From the NCBI RefSeq assembly GCF_006345805.1, contig NC_043000.1, forward strand, positions 36,580,001 through 36,644,000: a stretch of 64,000 nucleotides of DNA, given 5' to 3'. Shown in pieces: positions 53,530-64,000 of the stretch. The notes under the pieces were generated by a model. It was not told the origin of the DNA and did not search any database. It saw only the letters and a list, made by a program, of their open reading frames with translations. Each line of letters opens with the position of its first letter. Position 1 is the first letter of the stretch. The translations under genes were made by a program, and so were the position numbers. The DNA is from Octopus sinensis. Taxonomy: Eukaryota.

Positions 53530-53629
53530 NNNNNNNNNNNNNNNNNNNNNNNNNNNNNNNNNNNNNNNNNNNNNNNNNNNNNNNNNNNNNNNNNNNNNNN
53601 NNNNNNNNNNNNNNNNNNNNNNNNNNNNN
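53530..53629. other. Assembly gap (100 N) in a TA microsatellite
   Basis: N run. Confidence 1.
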
Positions 53630-54432
53630 AATGTACATACGCGCGCACACACACGCACACACACACACATCAGTTATTTTAAAGAGACAGAATCAATGCA
53701 ACTGTTATAGACATTTGTAGAATTAAGCATTTAAATGGCAGAGGCGAGTGAATGGAATTGCAGGTATGATGAAGTGATTAACAGCAGGTAGACACTGGTA
53801 GTGTCAGAGATCGATTACTTTCAACAGAGATAACATGCTATGTCTGATTAAAACATTCAATATATCAGAGAACAACTGGATATACCCGTGTACAATAATC
53901 ATACCCGAGCACTTTAAAAATTGTTTTCGTGTTACACCTCAGTTCAATATATAATCGAAACTGTCGATCAACCAGTCTCGTCTATTTTTCTCGTACCGAA
54001 TCTCAACCTCTCTCTTTTCTCCGATATATATATAATGTTGTGTGTGTTTGTGTGTATGTGAGTGCGTGTGCGCACTCGTCGATCGATTTGCGTATTGCGT
54101 GTATACATCTATATTCACGTATATACGACGCGCAAACACACACACATACGCATACACACATAAATTCTTTTGGGGAATTGGATCTCGAAGTACTTATAGA
54201 CCTATAAATAACAGCATGTAAATATCAGATTGAAAAACCCTTTTGGATAGAAAGTCGAAGGCTGCCCGCGAGGTGCGAACCTACATTTCTTGTACACGTG
54301 TGTACATATAAATATATATATATTAAATAAAATCAGACATATACATGCTCCTCACTTGCATTATTATCGAACCGAGAGTTTAACTACGGTCCTTCCATAA
54401 CACATATATAGCGTTTACTGCCACCTTCCGAA

Positions 54433-54684
54433 GCATTGGGTTGGTGCATAAATATTGCGGCTTTATTTCAACAAATTTTATTCAACAAAAGCAATAACAA
54501 CATGTAATAAAAACATCTTTAAATGATTATTCCGGAGCATATTCACCATCTACTTCAATTACTGCTTCCCATTTGCTTGGCAGACAGTCAGACCGTCATA
54601 TAAAGATGTTTTTGTTAAATATTATTATTGGCTTTGTTGAATAAAATTTGTTGAAATAAAAAAAGATCCGCAATAACCCAATGC
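54433..54684. mobile_element. Mariner-derived MITE (internal deletion derivative)
   Basis: Long imperfect TIRs (gcattgggtt...tttatttcaacaaattttattcaacaaa); the core encodes LPSKWEAVIEVDGEY on minus, a mariner C-terminus. Confidence 0.85.
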
Positions 54685-55603
54685 AAACGATATCAGTTGC
54701 AGCAGTATAACTCGTGGAATATTGTTTAATAAATAACCATTTTTATGTGGAATGCTCGGAAGTTAGAAGATTCGACATACACTCTTTATGTCCATGTTGG
54801 GAAAACTCAGAACATGAAGGTGCTGAAAATGCCCAAAATATTAAACGCCAATATTCCCCAAGTTGTGAGCGCGTCACAACTCGTAACATACTTCGTTTAT
54901 TACACCGGATTCAACGACTTATAAAATATCTTACAATAATTCTGCCTGTTCCTCCGTTACGTAGCCCGTCCGTAAAGCTTTCCCCTGATTAGTTGAACAG
55001 GTTGGGACGGGGAGTGGGAGAAGGGGATGGCAGGGAAGAAGGGGGGGGTGAAATTCTGTTTTTGACTCAGTTTTTTTCCACCGTTACTTAGCCCGTCTGT
55101 AACGCTTTCACGTGATTAGTTGCCGAGAAAGGGGAAAAGCGAGAGAAAAAGGGGAAAAATAAAAGGAGGGAAAAAAGAGGGTAAGGTGAAGAGTGAGAGA
55201 GAAAGAGGGAGAGTGATGTGTACTAAGTCTATAAAATTGAGTGATGTGTACTGAGTCTATAAAGGTATATAAAGTGTATATATAAAGTTCATTAAGTAAT
55301 CATCGTATTCCAATTTCCTTCACTTTTCAATGAGTAGCAGATGAGCGACTGTCCTTTGATACAGACAAAACACGGGATACGCTTTCAGAACTTTTGCATA
55401 AAGTTATCAGAAACAACCCAATAAATTCACCATGAATTCCGTGAGATATTCACGGGTCCCACTAATAAAATACAAATTAGTACAAGATATAATTCGGGTT
55501 CAGTATTAGTCTCATATTAAATAAAATTGTTGCTGCATTTACTTAATTCTCTTCTTAATTTGCTTGAACTGAGATAGATGTAACTTGCCCAATTAAAATA
55601 CGA

Positions 55604-55636
<33 letters not shown>

Positions 55637-55660
55637 AAATATAAAAGCCCCGATGCAGTA

Positions 55661-56212
55661 AATGCCCTGATGCAGTACCAGGCAGTGGCTCTCGTGGCTT
55701 CTGATCTTAACTGATTGGAAGTGTTATCATGTACATTGTTTTGTCTTGGTATAAAGATGGGCTACAGCAAATATTCTGCTCAGTACCACAGATTTCTTTG
55801 TCAGTTGTTTGACCTTAACCAGTTGAGCAAGTCCCTTAGTGGCTGACGTTATGTGTATCTCTGATCACGAGCAGAAGTAGTGGGGGAGCATCATAGCCAT
55901 GTGCTGAGAGGGATTCTTTGGAGTTTGAATAATTCCCCTCTGGAAACATGGGTGTTTCGTTCAACGTCCTTAAACAACCCTTATTCAGGGACCTTTTGAG
56001 CGGGATGAGTTACTCAACTAGATAAAATTCTAACTGGGCCCCTCCTGCAAGGTCATGCGTTGTTTATCTTGATATGAGATCACCATGTCGCGCACATATG
56101 TTTGTGATGCATGTGCCTAGTGTACCCTTATCAGACGGGTAGTCATGATGGGTATACTGGGCTTCGTGTATTTTACCCCAGTGTCACTTTGATGGCATGC
56201 ACAACTCTCTCA
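55661..56212. repeat. Unclassified ~550-bp interspersed repeat (family C), full copy
   Basis: TGCCCTGATGCAG...CTCTCTCA, flanked by (TAA)n; three more copies lie within 3.6 kb. Confidence 0.85.
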
Positions 56213-56229
56213 TAATAATAATAATAATA

Positions 56230-56578
56230 AATGCCTTGATGCAGTACCAGTCAGTGGCTGTCATGGTTTCGGATTTTAACTGATTGGAAGTGTTAGCATG
56301 TACGTTTTGACTCGGAGTACAATATGGACTGCAGCAACCCGTCTGCTAAGTAATTCAGGTTTACTTGCCAGTTGCTTGACCTTATCCCCTTGGGCATGTC
56401 CCTTAGTGGCTGATGATATATGCATCTCCGATCGCGATCAGAATCTGAGTCATGTGTTGAGAGGAATTCTTTGGGGGTTTAAATAATCCAGCTCTAGAAA
56501 TAAGAGTATTCCGTTCATCAGACTTAAACAACCCTTATTCAGGGGCGTTTTGAGCAGGATAGGCTACTTGACCTTGAA
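56230..56578. repeat. Family C partial copy
   Basis: Aligns with the first ~370 bp of the 55661 copy. Confidence 0.85.
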
Positions 56579-56599
56579 TAATGATAACAACAATAATAA

Positions 56600-56760
56600 T
56601 AAAACAATACTAATAATAATTGAAGCATTGGACATGATAAAAAAATATACGAACAAAAACATAGAAGCTATACCTGAATCTTCAACACTACACACAATCC
56701 GAAAACCAGGCCAGCTTGGAAGAGGTCACATCCTACGCAAGGGACTATCAATCCAATAAT
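56600..56760 (+). pseudogene. R4/Dong-like LINE C-terminus
   Basis: IIIEALDMIKK...IEAIPES.TLHTIRKPGQLGRGHILRKGLSIQ*, resembling IIIGALG...LQKxxLLGTAHILRKVL. Confidence 0.75.
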
Positions 56761-56964
56761 ACAACCTAAACAAAACTAGCATAATACAGTGGCGGGAAGA
56801 ATTCGCAAATTCCCAGCAGCAGAAAAGAACACACAATGCCGCGTACACCCCACTAACACGGAGGTGTAGCAAGTGATGCAGCAGAAATTTGCCCCAATCT
56901 ACCAAATGACGAACACTTATATAATTATAAAAGTCTTTTCTGTTATAGACATCATGCCTAAAAA

Positions 56965-57085
56965 TATAGAGGAGGGTGTAAGTTGATTACATCGACCCCG
57001 GTGCACAACTACTACTTATTTTGTCGACCCAGAAAGGGTGAAGGGCAAAGTCGAGTGCGGATGCATTTGAACTCAGAACATAAAA
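56965..57085 (-). mobile_element. SINE family B fragment
   Basis: gattacatcgacccc...gtcgacccagaaagggtgaagggcaaagtcga. Confidence 0.75.
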
Positions 57086-57309
57086 CCAATAGGCATCGAC
57101 AACTAGAAAACCAGCTACTCTTGACTGATAATGAGCAGTGACTCTGAAACTAGTCTCTGGATGCTGGCTTTGCTGGGTGGAGGTGCTTATCTCCCCTTTG
57201 AAAACATAAGGACACAGAAAATGTGTCATGGCCAACTGGAAATGCAGCTTAAGCCTTATGTCTGGTGTGTTAACTATTCAGCCAACTCGCCGCCTTGAAA
57301 ATAATAATT

Positions 57310-57470
57310 ATAAAAATATTGGACCTATTATATGAAGTGCAGAATAGACAACACTGCTGATGAGCGGCAAATGCAGGATGTGTGATGAGACGGATGAAAT
57401 GGCGTGGCACACCGTTAACGAATGCCCAGAATTGGCAAAGCACTATCGGATAAAACGGGTGGTGGAAATT
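57310..57470 (+). pseudogene. R4/Dong-like LINE CCHC zinc-finger fragment
   Basis: GKCRMCDETDEMAWHTVNECPELAK fits CX2CX8HX4C (57372-57425). Confidence 0.75.
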
Positions 57471-57549
57471 CCACGTTAGCAATTTAGAAATTTAGTGACG
57501 GGTAAAAATGATAATGTTCTTGGGAAAACTCTTGGTGTCGATGAGGAGG

Positions 57550-58200
57550 AACTAGTTTGTCTGTTTTAGAGAATTTTCGGGCCGGAAACTAACATTGATA
57601 CCTTCCAAAAATTCCTGACTTGTCTGCCATCGCGGAGCACTGCCTGTTGGACATACACCCAAGAAACAGGGAAGCACCGTTAAGCAGAACTGCCTGACAT
57701 GCGCGCAGTGGGACAAAACGCAACCTCTACAGTGTTTAAGCATTGCTCGCTTGACGAGATATGGCAAATAGCAGTTGTCACGTGGAGGACTATTCCGATT
57801 ATCGACCGAGTCCATCGGGAGTATCGTCCCACGACTCACCTTTAAAAAGTCAGGGAATGCCGTGTCCCTCTGTCTTCTGTCAATAAAGAGGGTGTGTGGT
57901 GGATGAAGCTGAGAGGATTGAGGAAAGACACCATCTTCGGCCAAGCAATTTTTTAAAGATCTACTTGCAAAGTTAAGGTGAAGAGGTAAGTGCTTTCTCT
58001 CCCAGGGAATTTGTAAAAAGGTGGGTAACCGTGACACAAAGGGTTAGAGTGTAGGGACCGACTCTAGGTGTGCGCCTGTAGACTGGAGGATAACATTTGA
58101 GCAAAGTCACGTGCTCTTGCTGGTCAAGGTAATCCTGGATCTGTGGTCTTCCTCGACTGGCCCTAGTTGGAGACTCTCCTGTCCCGGGAGAACAGCATCA
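57550..58200 (+). mobile_element. L1/Tx1-like LINE ORF2 C-terminus and 3' UTR
   Basis: CHRGALPV...GSTVKQNCLTC...FRLSTESI...AVSLCLLSI, then KEGVWWMKLRGL. Confidence 0.75.
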
Positions 58201-58243
58201 TTCATAGGTTCACATACTTAGTATACAAAGTATAATTTTTCTC

Positions 58244-59260
58244 GTGCCCTGATGCAGTCACTCTCATGGCCTTTGATCTTAACTGATTGGAAGAGTCATC
58301 ATGTACATATTTTGAGTTGGCATAAAATATGGCCTACAACAAATATTGTGCTCCATACCTCAGATTTGCCTGTCAGTGGCTTGACCGTAACCAGTTGAGC
58401 ATGTCCCTTAGTGGTTGATGATAAATGCATCTCTGATCGCGAGCAGAAATAGTAGGGGAGCATCATAGCCATGTGTTGAGAGGAATTCCTTCACTTCTGG
58501 GTGTTTCGTTCATCATCGTTAAACAACCCTTAATCAGGGATCTATTGGGCGGAATGAGCTACTCGCCCTGAAGAAAATTCTGAGCTCCACCCACAAGGTC
58601 ATGTGCTACTTATCTTGATATGAGATTACCAAGTCACGCAAATACGATTGTGATGCATGTGCCTGGTGTACTCTTATCAAACACGTAGTCATGATGGGTG
58701 TACAGGGCTTCATATATTTTAACCCAGCGTCACATTCATGGTATGCACGGCTCTCAGGCACTGGCTCTCATGGCTTCTTATCTTAACTGATTGGAAGTGT
58801 TGTCATGTACATTGTTTTGTCTTGGTATAAAAGATGAGCTACAGCAAATATTCTGGTCAGTTATTTGACCTTAACCAGTTGAGTATGTCCCTTGGTGGCT
58901 GACGATATGTGCATCTCTGATTACGAGCAGAAGTAGTGGGGAAGCATCATAACCATGTTTTAAGAGGAATTCTTTGGAGTTTGGATAATTCATCTTCGGA
59001 AACCTGGGTGTTTCGTTCAATATCCTTAAGCAATCCTTATTCAGAGATCTTTTGATTGGAATGGGCTACTCATCCTGAAAAAAATTCTAATTGGTCCTCA
59101 CCTGCAAGGTCATGCGCTGTTCATCTTGATATGAGATTTCCATGTCACGCACATATGGTTGTCATGCATGTGCCTGTTGTGCCTTTATCAGACAGGTAAT
59201 CATGATGGGTATACTGGGCTTTATATATTTTACCCGTGTCACTTTGATGGCATGCACTGC
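58244..59260. repeat. Two fused head-to-tail family C copies (58244-58757, 58757-59260)
   Basis: Junction gctctc|aggcactggctctc; the second copy lacks the first ~17 bp. Confidence 0.85.
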
Positions 59261-59390
59261 TTGGAACCGCTCAAATAGTCCGGAAAGTGCTCGAAAAACA
59301 AGAGGTGTTACCTTAATTCACTGGTAGTGAACAGCTGACACCACAGTACAACTCCATCGTTAGAAGCTGTGCAAAGGCAATAATAATAAT
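59260..59390 (+). mobile_element. R4/Dong-like LINE extreme 3' end with (AAT)n tail
   Basis: LGTAQIVRKVLE...* then a short UTR and ggcaataataataat. Confidence 0.7.
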
Positions 59391-59708
59391 AATGATCATC
59401 ATAATAATAATAATAATAATAACTGCATATGACCAAATAGATCAAGTGAATAGCATTTGTAAAAAATAATATCAATGCCTACCCAGAGATTTGAAAAGAT
59501 TCTGGAAATTAAGACGGAACTTCCAAACTGCTACCCCAGAGACCGAAAGACACTGATTGTGATCGACGCATTGTCGACCTGAAGAAATGTGCAATCCTGT
59601 ATTCTACCAGAAAGATTCTTGAGATGTGAGGAAACTTATTACCACCAAACTTCAAGATAACATACCTGCAAATTATATTAACAAGTAATGAATTTATAAT
59701 AATAATGA

Positions 59709-59739
<31 letters not shown>

Positions 59740-59759
59740 AGCACCCAGGCAGCTCAAAG

Positions 59760-60047
59760 CAACACAAACGTCGTCTTAACGATTAACCAGAGATGATTTT
59801 TAAAATGTGTATGTCTGAAATAAACTCGACTGCTCTAAAGAATTAAGTAAAAAAAAGCGGGAAAATAATCCATAACCCTTACCGGATAGCGAATCAATCC
59901 CGAAATCTAATCAGTTCGTGCCAGTTATGAGGCCAAACATCTCTGAAAGTTTCATCCGTTCAGTGGTTCTTGACATATCTTGTCCAATGGCCACAAACAA
60001 ACACATACGACTGAAAAAATACCTCCGCCTTCGCTAAGGCGGAGCTA
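59760..60047 (+). mobile_element. Helitron/Helentron-like non-autonomous element 3' part
   Basis: Terminal hairpin ctccgcctt-cgct-aaggcggag at ~60023-60044. Confidence 0.45.
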
Positions 60048-62649
60048 ATAATAATAATAATAATAATAATGATGATTGTGATAATAATGATGATGATGAT
60101 AAATATGATGTTAATAATATTAGTGATGATGATGCGAATAATAATAATGATGATGTTAATATTAATAATAATGATGATGGTATTGATAATGATGATAATA
60201 AAGTTTCAAATTTTAGCACACCTTAAAATGTAACTACTTAAAACGAGAAGGTATTTGTGGTAGATTGTACTAGAACACGTTCTTCTGTATACGTTTTTGA
60301 TATAAGATATATTCTATACTTCGGGTTTTGGATTTGGTTTGCAAGATTCTTTATGCGAGTTCGTGTGTTGAAGGATACATTTTTGTGTGTGGGGAAAGAC
60401 ATTCTCTTTTAGACAGTCAACGACTATTGAAAAGGTTGGAAGACACAACGAAAATTTATGAAAAATAAGTAAATGAATGTAAATTTTACCGGTGAGTGTA
60501 AAATTATAAGGCACTAAAAGAGAATGACTCTCACCAAACATAACAAAATATGAAGTATATTTATTAAATCAAATGTATATTGTCCTAGGAAATCCAGCAA
60601 CGGTTTAGGAACCCAAATTTTCTTTCGTTAAAACAGTTATATTGCTATTTTGCATCATGACCAACACCGGGTATTCTGCTAGTAGAAACCATAGCAGTTA
60701 TCAAGATTTCTACACGTGATTTATCTCTCTCAACTTTTTGTAATTATTTATTGATTAGTTTTTAAACATTAGAAAAAAAAGTACCTTGTTTTCTCGTGTC
60801 TTCCACTCCCAGCAGATACGCATCTCTAAAACACACATGCAAATTTTATGAATTTGCTTCTGATTATATTAAAATCCGTCGCATTTATCAGGCATATTCA
60901 TGGAATCAAATATGTTATCTTCGTTTAACAAATTACCATTTCCCTCCTGATCTATTGTAATCGTTAAACTACTATGACTCATCGGTGCCGTCACTAATTG
61001 TAATATTGGCATCGTATCGCAACTGACAACTGGTTCTATTGTTCTCTTTCCATTTGCGATCTACTGATCTAACAGCCATTCTTTTAGATAATCCATCGTT
61101 CTCATTCCTCTGTCTACAAGACATCTCTGCTGAAACAAAAAGACGTTGATAAAAGCCAACGTTCATTGGCGTTCTAACCTCATGCTAATAGATTTATCAT
61201 CAAACTACCACCTGGTATATAATCAGAGACTCTTCTAACCCGACGAGACACCCGAATGAGGTCTCTAAAAGGTCATTCGACCTCCTGCTCGACACAGCAT
61301 ACAAATTTTAGTAAAAAAAACAATAAAATGCAGATGTTCGAGCGATCCACGGTATTTTTCCGACTTCTGAACTTCGAGTTCTTATCCTGGCGGAGTCAAG
61401 TTTTCTTTAGATCATTTCAGCTTTGAAAACAAAAATATCACTCCATTATGGCGGACTGCTCGAACAGCAAACTGAAAGAACATTGGACTAGATGTGTTGT
61501 GGTATTTATTCCGGTTCCTTACGTTCTGAGTAAAAATCCCTTTAAAGCTTATTTGGGTGTAAGACTTAAACCGTCCCTCGGTTTAACTAATGGAGATTGC
61601 ACTGCAGTAAACATTGGCGACGGGTCTCCGGTCTAAGAAAATACCCTCCCCGCCAGTCTTGGAAACCCTATAAAAGATCATGAGCGGGTTGTGCCTTCCC
61701 TCCTACATAAAAGTTGAAAAGCGCCTATCTTAAGACAATGGATAATGTATTTCATTTTAACTGCAAATATGATGGGATGGCTATGGCTGGAATGTCTTTC
61801 GCTATGTGACGGCTTCAGCACAGTTGATCTGAAACTAAGCAACAACCACAGCAAACATAAAGTCTAAAGTGTAACTGGTTCGAATGAATCAGAGTCACTT
61901 TAGGTTAGCTGGACGTTTCAAACATCGGCTGCGCGAATTCACTGAATTTTGCGAAGAAGCATTGAGATTTTATGGTTTCTGGACAATTATTTCTCCTTGT
62001 CAATTATATTTGGCCACCCCTGTCAACAGCCAGAAGGAATCCAAGTTTACAACTGACAAAAGAAACGGAATAAACAAAAACAAAAAGCATTTTCAGGACC
62101 GCACTACAATTTGCAGAGAAAAGAATCGTTTTGTGTTCTGAGTTGGTTGATGTTCTGGGTAATAATCGTGACTTGATGAAAGAAATTGATTGCCAGGAAG
62201 AGTACAAGTGTAGGTACGCACCCCAGCCAAATATCAGTCACTATGTCTGTGCTTTTTATCAATAAATAGTAACGTGGTGATGAGCAAAGAAATGTCACAG
62301 TGGAAAGAGTTTATCTGCAAGATCAAAACTAATCACAAACTTCGTACCAAATATGTTGGTTATAATCTCGGATTTTGCGGTCTCAGCAGAACATTGAAAT
62401 CTCGACCATTGCTGTTGAACAAAATTTTCTACTTTGGAGTTTTCTACAACTCAATGGAAGATGAACACCACCAATCACACTGGTGCTTTTTGGCAGCGAT
62501 TTGTGATTAAAAAAACAAAAACTTATGTAGTAAAGTTCATACAGGAGAGACGTTCTTGGCCTAGCCTTGTAAAACGTGTCTCATTTGCTGACGCTTCAGG
62601 AACAAATCGCTCCTGAATCTATCAATTGTTTTTCATCGTTTATCCTTAT

Positions 62650-62850
62650 ACTTGTTTCAGTCATTAGACTGTGGTCATGCTGGAGCACCGCCTTGATGAA
62701 TTTATAGTCATACATTTCGACATTAGTGCTTGTTTTACTTTGTAAGCCTGGCACGTATTTTATCGGTCTCTCTTTTTCCGAACCGCTAGATTACGGAGAC
62801 GTAAACTCACCAACACCGGTTGTTCAGCGGTGACAGGGGAGAAACACAGA
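62650..62850 (-). mobile_element. SINE family A 3' half
   Basis: gtttcagtcattagactgtggtcatgctggagcaccgcc...ccgaaccgctag... Confidence 0.8.
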
Positions 62851-62910
62851 TGAAAAGACACACACAGATATATATATATATATCTGTGACTGTGTGTGTG
62901 TGTGTGTGTA

Positions 62911-62966
<56 letters not shown>

Positions 62967-63064
62967 ATAGAGGGCATTATTACAATAAATGCCTCACACT
63001 AGGAGGGACAAAGTCATTACTACCCGATAATTTCTTGTTAAGATCCTTATTAAGAGATTATCCT

Positions 63065-63296
63065 TAATTATATATATATATATATAATATATATATATAG
63101 TGTGTGTGTGTGTATGTATATATAGTGTGTGTGTGTGTATGTATATATAGTGTGTGTGTGTGTGTATGTATTATATATGTGTGTGTGGTGTATGTATATA
63201 TATGTGTGTATATATATGTGTGTGTATGTATGTATATATGTGTGTGTGGTGTGTGTATGTATATATATGTGTGTGTGTGTGTGGTGTGTATATATA

Positions 63297-63327
<31 letters not shown>

Positions 63328-63360
63328 GTGTGTGTATGTATGTATATATGTGTATGTGTG

Positions 63361-63393
<33 letters not shown>

Positions 63394-63425
63394 ATATATA
63401 TATATAATATATATATATATGTGTG

Positions 63426-63479
<54 letters not shown>

Positions 63480-63507
63480 GTGTGTGTGTATGTATATATA
63501 TATATAC
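63065..63507. repeat. (TA)/(TG) compound microsatellite
   Basis: Direct reading. Confidence 0.95.
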
Positions 63508-64000
63508 GATTGTCTTTGGGTTTCCGTCCCGAGAACTATGCAGTTAGTGAGAAAACTTCAAGCCGCACACCCACATCTGTGCCTAGAAAGTATATTCGAG
63601 AGTGGAATCATATAATTATCGTTCTCAGTATTTAACTAAGTCAATTTGAATTTTTTCTAAATTTTCTTTTTCATCATATTTTCTAATACATTGCAATCTT
63701 CAGTAAGTACTTATTCCTGTGTCCATCCAGTCATACTGTGGCAGAAGTATGCTTTGTATATACATATTTCACTACACGAGTGCGAAACTCTTTCAACACC
63801 CACACACGCACACCCACACACGCACAGAAGGTCATTTGTATGTTGGCGCGTAATAAACTCGGTGCAGATGAGTGTAATAACATTATTGTTACCCAAGGGA
63901 GAAAAACAAATTCCTTTCGATGATGAGAAATTACAGAAAATACAAGAAATAATAAAATAGGAAGAAATAGTCTCTATTCTAACCGCATACCTTCCTTCCG

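Noticed and set aside
53343-53720. ORFs spanning X runs
   Set aside because: They cross the N gap and microsatellite.

Overview
AT-rich, repeat-dense animal genomic DNA, most likely an octopus (inferred from the tRNA-derived SINE families and huge TA/TG/CA microsatellites), with one 100-N scaffold gap at 53530-53629. No intact protein-coding gene, tRNA, rRNA or CRISPR array can be supported; the long ORFs in the track are microsatellite artefacts. The window is a graveyard of mobile elements: L1/Tx1-like, CR1, RTE and R4/Dong-like LINE remnants; a Tc1 transposon split by a mariner; Helitron-like and fold-back elements; several SINE families; and an unclassified ~550-bp repeat. The main hidden signal is a set of type I hammerhead-ribozyme motifs of the kind found in Penelope-like elements. 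One is fully intact (4157-4202, minus), two are near-intact (6313-6389, 25996-26031) and about six are decayed. The 6313-6389 motif sits inside a perfect 83-bp inverted repeat. Also notable are a SINE/CR1 shared 3' stem-loop, chains of elements stacked on (AAT/ATT)n, a duplicated bipartite motif containing a CSL/Su(H)-type site at 21.9-22.6 kb, and a few unassigned exon-shaped islands. All alignments were done by eye and most repeat boundaries are approximate.
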